Source of the DNA: Octopus sinensis
Lineage: Eukaryota
DNA: 64,000 bases
Direction of reading: 5' to 3'
Assembly (NCBI RefSeq): GCF_006345805.1
Contig: NC_043002.1
Span: forward strand, 78,058,001 to 78,122,000
The position numbers and the translations under genes are program-made. Shown in pieces: positions 1 to 14,068 of the stretch; positions within the stretch are counted from its first letter, which is position 1; every line of letters begins with the position of its first letter. The notes under the pieces were generated by a model that saw only the letters and a list, made by a program, of their open reading frames with translations, ran no database searches and was not told the DNA's origin.

Positions 1-59
1 TATACAGAATTTTCATTAGTCTTGTGCAGGTCTTTCATAAACTGGGGAATAAATCTTTT

Positions 60-890
60 GTATTGTGTTTTTACAGTTGTTGTTTTTCTATTATCAAATG
101 ATTCTCAAAAACTTTAAAATTCATTCCAATATTGCACAAGAATGAATCACTTAATTCTGTAATGTACACTGACTTTTTGGGTTTCAGGTAATCAGGAGGA
201 TGGAATAATGTAGTTGGTGATTAGTTTGAACATCTGTTGGTTAACATTGGTAGGGAAAATGTAGATGGAAAGGAACTCTGAGTGTTTTTGTTGTAATAGT
301 GTTCGGAATAATAGAGAAGCACCAGCACATCAGTGAGCCAGATGTTTGGTGAATGAGTCTTTTACTAATTAGTCAAATGGTAGTTTTTTTTTTTTTTCAT
401 ATGGCACCCAAGTTATGGATCACTCTTGAGCTTTGTAAAAGATTGATAATTTATTGGGAGTGAAGTTTTTTTGAATTAGGAGAGGGGGCCTGGATTTTGG
501 GATGCAGTTTTGGCTTTGTTATACATGTAGGGTTGCCATAAAAGATTTTGCAGTGATATTGAGATCTTTAAGTGTGTTGGTTGAGTCTAGGGAAGGTATG
601 GAATAAAACTTCTTTTCTACATGCATTGACTTGGTGATTTTAAAGGAGATAATGTCCTCATTAGAAGATATTTATGAGGTCTCTGTTTATGAAGACATTG
701 AAAATCAGAGATAAGACTGCATGTGGGTGATGTCTGTATGGAGAAGTGAAAGATAGTATCATTTCTATATGAATTTGCAAGTGGTTAAAAGTGAAGTAAG
801 TTGCTACTAAGGTAAATTTTGGGGTTGTGTAGACAAATAGAATGGTGATCAGAAGAGAGAGCCAAGCAAGCACATGCTGCAAAATTTGTT
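60..890 (-). mobile_element. Highly decayed CR1/L2-group LINE reverse-transcriptase 3' remnant
   Basis: Minus-strand fragments resemble RT motifs: AVLSLIFNVFINRDL ~ SVLSPLLFLIFINDL, FYKAQ ~ LYKAQVRP, DVLVLLYY ~ DVASLSLFY. Many frameshifts; boundaries approximate. Confidence 0.5.
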
Positions 891-2009
891 GGTTTTAAAT
901 TTAAGTGCAATCAAAATTAAATATCAGTATCATTTAGGGTTGAATTAAAATTTTACTCACACTCAATAAATGGGTATTATATGAAGTTGTAATACTAATT
1001 TTTTTTCATTAACAAAAGGGCAGATTTATAGGAGAGAGGTATTTATATTCAATTAAATTGGTTACTAGTATATTGCTAGTACTTAATTATTTTGGTTTTG
1101 GATAGATGAAAGATAAATGTGTAAGATGTGGCATTAACATAAATGGCTGTAACTAAACACTATAAGTTATTTTGTCTGGGGTCTTACTAAATTTGCCATT
1201 CATTCCGCTAATATTTCTTGTATTAGTGCAAGGAATATATTTTCAGGAAGTGGTTGTAATTGTTTGAAATGATCTCAGTAGTCCTCTTCTGTGTATTTTT
1301 AATGAACCTTGGATAACGAAAAGCAAAGTTGTCTCTGGCAAAATTTGAATTTGTTATATAAAGTGGTATGCAATACAAGGTGTTATTTTCAAAAATTTAT
1401 TCCTCCTACCATCTACTGTATCACTTTAAGCTTTTCAAATGTTTGAGCTTTGAAGCCATGGATTTGATATGCTACTTTCTTAGTTTCACTGATCTTCTAT
1501 ATAGCATTACCATTTACAATTGTGTTTTTAAGGAATGTCTCAAGACTTCAGCTATTCAACATTAGCCTATCTTGGAACATTGAAACTAATCCTTTGAATT
1601 GCATAAATCCGTAGCATCAGAGCTCTGCTCAGGTTTTATGTACTATTAAGTGGGTGATAGATAAATTGCTATGGAACAAAGCACTAGTTTGTTGCAGAAT
1701 AGATTTGTATCTACTTATTTCTCTTAGCTATTTGAACTGTAGTCATGAAAAAAAATGTAATCAGCTATCCAGAACTTGACAACATACTTGCTTGTGTAAA
1801 TAAATATGTAAGGCAAATTTACAGATATTTGTTTTCTAGTAAAATAACAATTTTAGCCTAACTGTGAAAAGTTGATAATTAACATTTTCGTCTGAAGTTG
1901 CTGCTCATTTGTCAGTACTCCTAGTATTTTAGCCATATCTAACTATTTCACTTCTAATCGGTAAAATGTAAAAAAAATACTGCCTTGAATTCCAGAACTC
2001 ATAGGACTG

Positions 2010-2200
2010 GTTTTCTAGTTTACATGGAAACTGAGATCATAACATTCCTTCTGAATAGGATGCCAGTCCTTTGCAGGGTTACTTATTTGCTGCTGGATGA
2101 TCTGGGAAATGTGAAATGAAGCATCTTGCTTAAGACACGCCATCTAATTTGGGAAATGAAACCATCATCTTGATCTTGTGATCACGAGTGCAAAACCCTG
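2010..2200 (-). mobile_element. Decayed tRNA/CORE-like SINE fragment (related to the 53511-53735 element)
   Basis: tgaagcatcttgcttaagacac is the reverse complement of a CORE-like gtgtc(c)tt(g)agcaaga(c/t)gcttca; tRNA-like head at the right end. Confidence 0.45.
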
Positions 2201-2539
2201 TTAAGTCATGCAGTCAATTGATAAAATGATAGACTTAAGAATAAGTTTTCTATAAGCTTTAAACATAACATTGGCATCAATGTTTTAGATATATGGCATT
2301 GGGTGGTAGCACTGAAAACAAGGGCATTGTTTTCTGAGTTTTTGAAAACATTTTTTGCTTTTTGAACTTGAATTATATATCCTTGTTTCCATTGTTGCTT
2401 TGAAGTGAATACTTTTACTTTGTCTGAATATGTCATGTGGTGGTTGTGTGTGTGTATATTTGTGTGTATGTGTGTTTTGACAAGTGATTTTGCTGGAAAT
2501 ATGACTTTAGATATTTTAATTTTTGTATGTAGGCATATA

Positions 2540-2845
2540 GGTGCAGCTGTGATTGTGTGGCTAAGAAGTTTGCTTGCATCCCACATGGTTTTGGATTTAG
2601 TTGCACTGTGGAGCTTTGGACAAGTGTCTTCTACTATAGCATCTGGCTGACCAAAACCTTATGAATGGATCTGGTAGATGTAAACTAATAGAAGCTTGTC
2701 ATATATATATGTGTGTGTGTGTTCTTGTCTTAATATTACTTGATAGTTATAAATGTAAAAGAGCAAACAGCTGTGGAAAATTTACCTCAGCATTTTTGGT
2801 GTGACCCATATGAGCATGGAAAAGTGGACATTATAGTGATAATGA
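2540..2845 (+). mobile_element. tRNA-headed SINE, tail-B type (internally deleted)
   Basis: Head homologous to 14806; ends in gcatggaaaagtggacatta...gataatgac. Confidence 0.7.
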
Positions 2846-5106
2846 CATTTTTTCTTCTAGTAAATGGAAAACATTGTTAGAAATATAATGGTAAAACACT
2901 TGCTTATATCATAGCGCAATTTGTGTGGAAATCTATTTAATAATATCATTGCTCAAATTAGTATATTCAGTGGTCCTTGATTGTTGATGCAGTAAATTCT
3001 AACTAAATGGCATTCTCCAAGTATTGGAGCTTTGCATGACCACAATAGCTGTCTACAGCTAGAAGTAGATGAATAATGACTGCACTTGTTCTTGAAGAAA
3101 ACCACTTCTCATACTTACTTCCTCTTCCATAAATATTATGCTTTTGCTACTAGTGCTTGTAGCTACTGCTGGAATGTTGTTTGTTATTAACAGAGTTGTG
3201 AAAGAGACTAAGCAGTCCTTACAACTGAATTCTTTGAAGAATATATTTCTTGGTAGCTTGAATTGTGGCATAAAACATCTTAGACTTATATGGTAATTCT
3301 TCTTGTCACTGGTTTGTTCTGTCTGTTTGAAGCCTTAGGCGAATAGCTCTTTTTTCTTAATATCTCCTTAAAAAAAAGACTGGTTCTTACACAGCTTTAA
3401 ATAGATTTTTCTTTAACTTCTGACGAGTTTTCTGTAAAATACGTGGGCCAATTAAAACAGCTTATGTCAGATATAAGATTAAACTTTTTCTAGATATTTT
3501 TATTTATTCACTAATTCACTTCAGAATTTTTATCAGTCTGAAAAAAAAAGAAGAAAAATCAAATTTCAAATTTATTATTTCTGTTTAATTTTCTTTCTTG
3601 GCATGAATTGTATGAAATATCTCATTAGTTTCTACTTTGTAAATTTCTATCCCACTTGAAGCACTCTGTTTGTTTTGGTGAAGAAATCAATGGAATTTAT
3701 TTACAATGGACCAGTATCCTATTTTGGGATGTAGTAGCTGTTTAATACTATTGAAATTACCCTGTTTTATCTTTTAAGTCATGCTTGAGAAAGATTCACT
3801 AAAAAAAATTAATTTCAAACATTTTATTTTATTTTCTTAAACTGTATCTTTAATAGCTAATACCTTTATTATTAATTTTTTTATTTTCTGAGACCAACTG
3901 TAAAGTTTGGACTTCTTCGTGCTTATAATTTAGGATTTTGCAGAAAAGAATAATTGTTCTTTCCTTCATAGTTGTGTAGTTAAGAGGTTTGCTTTGGAAT
4001 TGTATGGTTCTTGGTTTAATTCCTCTGTGCTGGACCTTGGACAAGTATCTTCAATCATAGTGTCATGTGTTGTTTTACTCTGAATTCTTGAAAAGGCCCT
4101 CTTTTAAATTATTAACCTTTTTTGTTATCATATTTCTGTTGAAATATATTGTCTTTATTTCAATTAATTTTGAAAATAATGAAAAAGTTGTAAAATAACT
4201 TTGTAATTATTAAACTGATGTTAAATTAACATGAGATTTTGATAGCAGGTTTTAATTTAGATCACTTTAAAACAAGAACTTGTTTCATACAACTAGTGGC
4301 TGTCTAAGTGGGTTGGTATCAAAAGTGTTAAAGCATAAATTGATTCTGTTTACTCTTGGTAATTGCTGATTGTTTTGTATATGGCATACATTTCCTACTT
4401 TATCAGTCATTCTATCTACATTCTGAGAACTTAAAATATTGCATATTTTCCAAATTGATTTTTCTATTAGAAATTGAAATTGAAAAATCAGAAATTTTGA
4501 AGACTCAGATTTTATATTTCCTTTCATTACATTACAATGATATTAGAATTATCACTGTTCAATCAGAAGGATGATGAATTTAATTCAAAATCTATATTTT
4601 CTATCAACATAAAGACATGGTATATATACATAGTGAATGTAGAACTAAGAGGGACTAATGCAGGAGTCTCTATACAGTTGCTTAAGCTGCTAGAAACGGT
4701 AACTAAATCTTCCTCAAATTAAACACAATACTCTCTTAAATAAAAGATGCTTTGAACAGTATAGTCTCTGATGCATAAAAATACAGGATGGTCATACCTG
4801 AAAGTTTTTTCATCTCGTTCACTCAGGGCTGAGTTAGGGCTATGCAACAATAAACGGAGGACATTGCAACAACAAACAGAGGCAATATTTAAATCTTTAA
4901 GCTGAGACAATGCACAAGTATTAAAATATATAAAATAAGTCACTGTGCTGTGATTAAAGGTTTGTCTTGATGTTTGGTTTGCAAAGTCCCTTTCTTCTTC
5001 TTGGAACTTGAAGTTAACTTAGTTTATTAACTGTCTTTTGATGATGCAGACCATCACTGGTACCTTCAAATTCTAGTCTTGTTTTCAAAAAGTTATTGTA
5101 CATTCA

Positions 5107-5473
5107 TGTAGGTGTGTAGTCAGAAGTTTGCTTTTCATCCATATGGTTCTGGGTTTGGTTCCACAGCATGGCATCTTGGGCAGGTGTTTTCTATTATAGC
5201 CCCAGGCCAATCAAAACCTTGTGAGTGGATTTGGTAGATGTAAATTAAAATAAGCCTGTTGTGTGTATGTGTGTGTGCGTGTGCATGTACACAGTCACTG
5301 CTTGACAACTGGTGTTGGTTTGTTTAGATCCCTATAACTTTGCAGTTTCGCAAAAGATCCAATAAAATAAGTTCTTAAAAAAAAAGTACAGGAGCTGATT
5401 TGTTTGACTAAAATACTTCAGGGCAGTGCCCTAGCATGGCCATAGTCCAGAGATGGAAACAAGTAAGAGATAA
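5107..5473 (+). mobile_element. tRNA-headed SINE, tail-A type, diverged near-full-length copy
   Basis: Colinear with 14806-15200 from the head through gcatggccatagtc...gaaacaagtaagag. Confidence 0.8.
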
Positions 5474-6194
5474 TGGATTTTCTCCAGAAATGTCACATTT
5501 TATTACCAGCTAATAGGTGAATAGTCAGTATTAGTTAGCAAGGGTATCATACTTGTGGACAAATTATAAACTTATATTCACGAATTGTTTATCTCTTTTT
5601 TCAAATTTGCAGTGAAATAAATAACACTCCAAAAATAAACTAAACTATAATAAAAACCCATGGAATTTGACAGTAACTACCAGTCTCTTGGTTTTGTTTA
5701 CCATACAGATGGCAAGTGTTCTATTTCTCAGCTTTTGGGCTTTGTCCCTCTCCCTCTTTCTGTGTGTGTACACACACACACACATACATACACACGTGTG
5801 TGTGTGTGTGTGTATATATATATATCATATACTATACTTTGTTCTTGACATTTTAGATTTAATAATGCCTATTTATCTGTTTCTAGGTTTTTATTTCTTT
5901 ATTCATTCTATAGTTTCTTTTGGCTTCTCTGTCTTTGCAACAAATAAGTCAGCTAACCTCCAGTTTATTTTTAGCTTATTGCTCACAGCTGTTCAAAATA
6001 TTTGATCAAAATGGCTGAGAGTGAGTTGTTAACTTGATATCGCTGTTGCACAAAAATGAGTATAGATAAGGAAATTATTATTATCATTATTGAATGTAAG
6101 CATTATTGGTAGTAGTCCCCGTCCTTGCCGGCTCTTGTCAAGCTGTCCAACCCATGCCAACATCGAAACCTGACATTAAATGATGATAATGATT

Positions 6195-6550
6195 GAAGGC
6201 AGTGAACACATCTGACAAAATGCCTAGTCATATTTCTTGTGGCTCTTTATGTTCTAAGTTTGTATTCCACTAAGGCCATCTTTGCCTTTCTTCCTTTCAG
6301 AACCAACAAAATAAGTACTAATTGAGCACTGGAGTTGATGTAATCAGCTAATCCTCTTTCCCCAAAAATTACTGGCTTTGTGCCAAAATTTGAAATTACT
6401 ATATCTTTATTCTGAAGTCAACTTTGCCTTCCATCCTTTGGGGGTGGATGTCAATAAAATAAGTACCAGTTGAGCACTGGGGTCAATATATTTGACTATC
6501 CTCCTTCCACCTCAAATTTCTGACTTTGTGCATATTGTAGGAAGAATTCT
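6195..6550 (+). mobile_element. Two adjacent diverged copies of the second SINE family (gaaggcagtgagctggcaga... head)
   Basis: Share ctttgcctttc(a)tcc...aaataagtaccagttgagcactgg with 41263 and 51575. Confidence 0.65.
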
Positions 6551-6597
6551 TGTGTAAAATGTAAATCATAAAATCCCAAATGTAAAATTTGATATCA

Positions 6598-7063
6598 TTA
6601 TCATCGTTTAATGTCCGCTTTCCATGCTAGCATGGGTTGGACGATTTGACTGAGGTCTGGTGAACCAGATGGCTGCACCAGACTCCAATCTGATCTGGCA
6701 GAGTTTCTACAGCTGGATGCCCTTCCTAATGCCAACCTCTCCGAGAGTGTAGTGGGTGCTTTTACGTGCCACCGGCACAAGGGCCAGTCAGGCGGCACTG
6801 GCAACAATCTCGCTCGAATGTTTTTTTTCCTGTGTCACCAGCACAAGTGCTAGTAAGGTGACGCAGGTAACGATCATGCTCAAATGGTGTTTTTAATGTG
6901 CCATCGGCACGGAGGCTGGCTTGTTGCCCTGGCAACGATCTCACTCGTATGGTACTCTTAGCGTTCCACTAGCACGGATGCCAGTCATCGAATTTGATTT
7001 TGATTTCACTTGCTTAAACAGGTCTTCGCAAGCAGAGTTTAGGGTCTTCACAAGCAGAGTTTA
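6598..7063 (-). mobile_element. RTE LINE 3' UTR fragment with (GAT)n tail
   Basis: Reverse complement is colinear with the 3' UTR that follows the RTE ORF at 21066-21620; includes the internal ~66-bp repeat units. Confidence 0.8.
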
Positions 7064-8301
7064 AAAAAACTTTTTTCACAAACAATATTGCATCGTTTTT
7101 GCATGAACATTACACACGGATTACTATTTTGATCTAATACTGTTTTTGTTGAACATAACAGATACATGCATTTATATATTTCTGCAAATAAATTAATAAA
7201 TACACACACACATAAAAGAAAAGTTAGATGATTCTGCAAATCTCAACCAGATGTATATTATCCTCATATAATATACCAAATGTATATTATCCTCATCATT
7301 TTCTCATTACCATAATAACTTAGACATTTTATAAAACAGCACCATGAGTTGACTTTTTATTTAGTTTTCTTTGCCTGAGTTGTTTTATTTTTCATTATGT
7401 ATCCTCATTTATTTTAAATGCATTTAAAATTTTTTTTTATTTAAGGCTATTTTTAGATTAAGATGTTAGTGTGGTGGATCTGATATGATGGCAAATCATG
7501 TTCCCCATTGGAATGGTTTTCACACTTGTCACTAATACCCTATTAAGAAAGGAAATTTAGGGACATTATAATTACACTCCCTTTACTTCTGTTAATGCCT
7601 AGTTTCACATAAAATCTGCAACTTAAATTACTTAAAATTTTAGTCATAAATTTTTTATCAACTCCATTTAAATGTTGGAGTAGTTTGTAAATATTAAGTT
7701 TTCACTCATTCATTAATTTATAACTTTTTAAAATTCAGTGTTGTTGTTGTTGTTGTTAGGAACAGTAGCACTACTAAAGACTAGATCTTTTGGCTTTGTT
7801 TGCATTTCATTCATGGAAAATAAAAATCTGTTATCTTTATCTTTATCTTATACTTGTTTCAGTCAATGGACTGTGGCCATGTTGGGACACTGCCTTGTTA
7901 GGCTTTAGCCTAACAAATTAATTCCTTTACTTTATTTTTTTAAAACTTGGTACTTATTCTATTGGTCCCTTTTGTTGAACTCCTAAGTTAGGGAGTACAA
8001 TGAAAACAATACTGGTTGTCAGGCAGTTGCAGGACACACACATTCACATAGTCAATGAGTTTTTGTTTTTAAAGCTTTTCTAATTGCAAATAAACTCATG
8101 AAATCTATTTACTTTCTGCCAAAATATAAAGCAGTATCTACTCTCAACCAAATAATTCTTTCTGCCCATCAATCAAGTTTCATTGTCTTACTTGTCAACT
8201 TTGTAAAGTTCTTCGTTACCTCTTGTGAGATTATATAACACTTTCTTCAGTATCTGAACATATTAAATTTACCAAGCTTTCTAACAGTTACTATTTATCC
8301 T

Positions 8302-8339
<38 letters not shown>

Positions 8340-11300
8340 CTAGTTGGCTTCATATATGGGAGATAAATACACTTATGTCATCATCACATTTACTTTTCTA
8401 TGCTTGCATGGCAAGACTCCATTAGGGCAGATATTTCTGTAGCTGGATGTCTTTCCTATCACCAATCCTCACCTGTTTACATGTTCTGTTGAACAATGGA
8501 ACAGCCTGGACATGCTGTTTGTATGAATGCTGATGCTTTTTTATATAACTGGTATGCACATGTCAAAAAGACAAAAGAAATGTAACACACATTTACAATG
8601 GACTTTTTCCAGTTTCCATTTTTCAGATTTCAGTGACAAGGTGTTGGCCAACCTGCAACTATAGTAGAATACACCAACTGACTGTGTCCATGTGGTGGGA
8701 TTGATCTCCAAACAATGTAGTTCTGAAGCAAAATTCTTAACCACAGAGCCACACCTGTGCTTATATGTAATACATTTTCATCAGATAGTGTCTTAGAATT
8801 ATTTAATTTCAAAACAGTTTTAGTTTCCTTCTTCGACAACTGTACAATTTTGTTTACTTACTTAGTGACTCCATCACTACTTTCAGTAAATAGCGTGAAA
8901 GATGGTCTTCATTGATGAGATTAAAATAAAACTGAAACTAGTCTAGATTTATCTCTGTTTTTGCTAGATAAAGAAAAATAATATTAGTCATTGACTAATA
9001 TTCTTCTTACATAGAATATTTATTTCCAGCTAGCTTTTTAATGCTCTATGAATTAGATATGTTAACATCAACTTACTATTAGCTATTTATTAGTTTGCAA
9101 AGTTATGCTGCTGCAATTTATATATAGAAAATTGCCATAATGGTTTCCTGATGTTTCTTTTTTCCTCAGTCTAATGAAAAATACTTGTTAAAAATTTATT
9201 TCTATACTAGAGATCAATGCAGCAAAGTTTTTCTTCATGTACACACACACACACACACAGAGATTCAGATTAAAAAAAATTTCTCTGGAACAATGAATTA
9301 TAACATATTTCCATCCTAATGAATTATTGATTATGTTTGTGCTTAAAGGTCATTAGTTCAAATAATACTTTAGCATTGTTCCCTTAAGCAAGACACCCAA
9401 TACTCTACATCTTTACTGAAAATAGACATCATTCTAATTTTTCAGTTGACTTGTTTGGCATTGGAAATTACAATTGAAGCCAATGCCTAAATTTCCAGAA
9501 ACACCTCATTCATGTTAACAACAGGATGGGGGAGAAGGGTGTTATTATACCCTTAGGCAAATTATATTACTTGCTTTAGTCAACCTAGCAGAAAGAAGAT
9601 ATTGCTTCAATATCACTTGGTATTTAAAAAAAACAGAAAGAAAAAATGCAATTGCTGCAATAATTGTGCTGGAGTCGACATTTCCAAAACCAGGTCACTT
9701 GTAGTGTTAACATGTGAAAAACTATTTTATTTGAAGGCTTACTTTTGGCTGTTTTCTCAGTTTATTGTAATTTTGTGAACAGCATCAGTGGTTACGAGTT
9801 TCCAATGTACCTATCATTGATTCAATGTAGTTTAGACAGCAAGAGGGACAAGGAAATGTTTGTGCAAGTTGGGATGCAATGAATACCATGGCTTTCTGTG
9901 GTTCATTATGTTTTTTGTTTGACGCACTGATTTATCAGTTTTCTCATTGATGTTTAAATCTATTGCCAATATACCTAAGGGAGATATGTATATCATCATC
10001 ATCATCACTATTAAAGTCTCCTTTATTGTGCTGGTATGGGTTGGACAGATGAGCAAGAAGACTGCACCAGATTCTATGTCTGTTTTGGTATGGTTTCTTC
10101 AGTTGGATGCCCATCCTAATGTCAACCACTTAATACAGTGTACTGGGTGCTTTTCATACAGCACTGGTGAGGTCACCAAGTACCCACAAGAAAAGACCCC
10201 TCAGCTGAGTAGGGTATAGAATGGCAGGATAAGAAACTATAATAGAGAGATATGGATCAGGTGTTTTGTTGAAGAGGTGAATACATGGCTTGCTCACTTG
10301 GAAAGAAAGAGAGAGAGAGGGGGAGGTTCAGGTACAAAATGAATGAAGCAGAATAGGATAAAAGAGCAGAAAAGGTGTGTTTGTGCACTGAATGGAAATA
10401 ATGCGACAGAAGATTCTGTGGTTAAGAAGTTTGCAGTGAAATGGTTTTGTGTCTGGTCTCACTGCAATGCACCTAGGTAAGGGTCATCTATGAGATTCCC
10501 TCAGATGGCATTGATAGGCCCTGGTCTGATCAAGGAATTTGTTGATGAGAACTGTAGAAAGCTCATTGTGTATATGCACACATGTGAATATGCATGAATA
10601 TTTATATTGCATGCTTGTCAACACCCTAAGTGTAATAGTGAGTGCTGACGTTGACATTATGACTAGTTGCTGTAGGCTTTCAATGACTTGTGGAATAAAG
10701 AAATCTCTGACTTGAAAAGCATGCAAAGATTAAAAGCAAGAAGAGCATCAGGTCAAAATCCTGTCACAAATAACTCTATCCACATCCTTTGCTAGCATGA
10801 AAAAAGGACATTAGATAAATTAATGGAGAGCGAGAAAGAGAGAAAGAAAGAAATATGACTGGGATTGAATCCACATTCACACATATATGCAAACCAAAAC
10901 TCTGAGCTACATAGCTATGCTTATACCCTTGTATTTTAGGAATTCATTACAGCAATTATTCTAATTATTATTAATGATTACAATAATTATCATAATTAAA
11001 ATATATAATTAATTTCATTATAGTGGATAATAATGAGATTAAATTCTTTTGTTTGTTGTTTTTTTTTCACATTTCAAGCTATCTGGATTGATAATATAGG
11101 TACCATTAAAAACAGATGATTCTGTTGATGATGTTCCTTTCTTATAAATTGGTTCTTGTGCCTTATCAAAACAATATCATTATGTTAAAAATACATTATC
11201 AGCAGCAGCTGCTACTGCTGAAATATAAAATGAAGTATTAAAAAAGATTAAAAAAAAAAATTCCCCAACTTCCAAATTAGGGTAAAGAAAGCTCTCCAAT

Positions 11301-13188
11301 TTACATAAAATAAATATTAGTTTTCTTATTTCAGTTAACATGCTGGTTTGGTCGTATATTTATAGCCTGATGAGTCTTGATAAGAGCATAACATAACCTA
11401 TGTTTGCTTGAGAATTTACTTGAGGAATAAAAAAAAAAAAAAAAATTCTTGTTAATACCAAAATTATTTTTGTTCAGGCAGACAAAAATATTCGAGAGAC
11501 TTTTGAATGGCCTACTAGTAGCATTACCAATATGTTAACAGTATATGATTTGTTCACAAGATGTAACTTTTATCTAAGAATATTTATCAGTTTTCTTTTC
11601 TGAATACAGCCAGTTTGTGAAGCCATTTGTCTCTGGCAACAAAACAAAATCAGATTCTTTGAAAATTAGTCAGTGAAGATGAATGTCATCTGAGTAAACT
11701 CTTCAATGTGTAGATCTCACTGGCTTAGTCTCTTCACTGTACATTTGTCTTGTTACAATATGAGTGTTCGTGTTTATTTTATTTTCTGTTGTGCATTTCT
11801 GGTTTGAGTGCTGCAAACGTGTTTGTGAAGTGGTGTAAACCAAACAAAATGCTTATGCTACAGCTAACTGAGGATTATTGTCTCTTTTGGAGTCTTTTGT
11901 ATTTATAAAACTAATTTATTCAATAATCCAGAGATTAAATACAGTTTTCTGATCTAGTTTACCCCTACCCCATTTCTGAATAAAACAATTAGAAAACAAA
12001 CATGTTTCATTGTGAAATGAATGGTATTTCTTCCATAGATCTCCTCTTAATGTTCAGAGAAATTGTTGTATTTTTGACTCAAGATTTGTTGACACAAGTC
12101 AGCTTTCATTTGTAATAAAGAAAAATGGCTCACTATGTAAAGTATTTACTGTCTTTTTTCTTTTTTGATTTGTTATATTATATAAAATCTTTTAGGATTT
12201 TAAAAATCTATTTCAGTACATTTCCTTATAACCTATAATAATAATGATGCTTTACTACTCTACAAATTATATTTTGATTGTTGCCAACTACGCATATAGA
12301 GAGATGTAAACACCTTATCTTTATATAACATCTTGATAAACAGGAAAAAACAAACAAACAAACCAAGTTTAGTAAGTAATATTGTAGTATAGTATATTTT
12401 TGAAACCAAAAGTGTACTATACTGTGCAGCAGTTATTTATTAGTTGAACTAGCTGTCAAGAATGTATTTATTTGTTTTTATATCTACTTTTCCATGCTAA
12501 CATGGATTATAAATGACTTTATTATTGAGATATTGTCTTACAGCTGGATGCTTTTGTCATGAACTCCTTGTTTTCCAAGTGAAGAAACTATTGTTCTACA
12601 TGTTTTTGAGGGTACAAAACCCATAGATGATTTGTTGACAAGAGAAATGACAACATAAATGCTTCTAGCTTGTTAATTTTCAGACAAGTGTCGTAAACAC
12701 ACACACACACACACACACGGCTACATATGTCAAGGTTCTTTCAGTTACCATCTATCAAATCTGCTCACAAGGCTTTGGTCAACTGAGGGCTATAATAAAA
12801 AATACTTAATCAAAGTATTATGCAATCAGACTGAACATGAAAGCATGTGGTTGGGCAGCAACATTGGTGCCTTGCCTGCACCAATGCTATATATGCAAAT
12901 TGGTCTGTCCAGTTTATTTGAGCTCTTAATAATAGAGGAATTATAAGCATTCTCCCCATGAACAGTCAAACAAGGTACTGAGTTGCTGATGAAATTCCAG
13001 CACAGGATTGGAACTAGTCTGCTGATCCTGCTTTTTCTGTCCTCAATGATTTTGTATATAATGGAAAGGTGTTTACATCTGACTATTACAGACAGCGTTG
13101 GCTAAAAAAATTCTATACATATATTTTGCAGTACTGTATAGCATTGAAACAAACCACTCTAATTCAAGTATATTCACGTGAGCGCGTT

Positions 13189-13222
<34 letters not shown>

Positions 13223-13273
13223 GTTTGTCTGTTTATCTCTGTCTCACTGTGCATTTTGTTTATTGAAGTTTAA

Positions 13274-13450
13274 CCCCTGAGCATTTAAACTATCCATATC
13301 CAGCTCAAATATTCTGTCAAAACTAGCCATATCCATCCTCAAGCCATCACATCATCCAAATCTTGAAGCTAAGGATAATACTTGTTTAACTCAAAACAAA
13401 AGGAATAAACAGGCATTACATTTGACAGAGTAATCTGAACGCTAAAGAGG
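13274..13450. mobile_element. piggyBac-type MITE family A, decayed
   Basis: TTAA at 13270-13273 then cccctgagcatt; right end gctaaagagg-taaa; body homologous to 18022-18242. Confidence 0.65.
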
Positions 13451-13721
13451 TAAACCTATAATTTTTTTAGGCTACTGGCTGTCACTATGCCACAGACTTG
13501 CCACCCCCATTAGAAATAGAAACGTGTCAAAATTTTAAGTGCTTAAACTTTAGTCAATAAAAGAAAATCTATTGAATTACTAACTGACTGTTAAATGCTC
13601 TGTGAACTACAGCCATTGTGATTCTTGTTATTGGAAATCCCATCCAATTAGACTGGCATAAAATTTCCATTCTCAATTCATGTGTGTCCTGCCATTTTTG
13701 AATATTTGTGTGTCTGCTTAA

Positions 13722-14068
13722 TCTTTTATCTTTTACTTCTTTCATTCATTGGACTGTGGCCATTTTGGTGCACTGCCTTCAAGAGTTGAGCAAATCAACC
13801 CCAGTACTTAATTTTTCTGATTCTAGTATTTATTCTTTCATCTCTTTTGCTGAACGGCTAAGTTACAAATAGTGGTGATGGGGAGGGGCAAACAAAGGCA
13901 CACTAACATATACTTGACAGGCTTCCCCACAGTTTCTGTTTATGGAAGTTACAAGGTACTGGTTGGCTCAGGGTTACAGAAGACATTTGTCCAAGGTACT
14001 ATACAATGGAACTGAATCCCAAATCACAAGATTTAAAAAGTGACCTTAACTACACAGCCATATCTGTG
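13722..14068 (-). mobile_element. tRNA-headed SINE, tail-A type, diverged
   Basis: Reverse complement is colinear with 14806-15200. Confidence 0.75.

Noticed and set aside
3059-3271. 70-aa minus ORF containing CKDC
   Set aside because: A single CxxC with no partner ligands or splice context; neighbouring frames are full of stops.
11361-11400. CTGATGAG followed by a gtctt/aaga stem, hammerhead-like
   Set aside because: The second box reads gcataac instead of CGAAAC and helix I is unconvincing; at best a dead relic.
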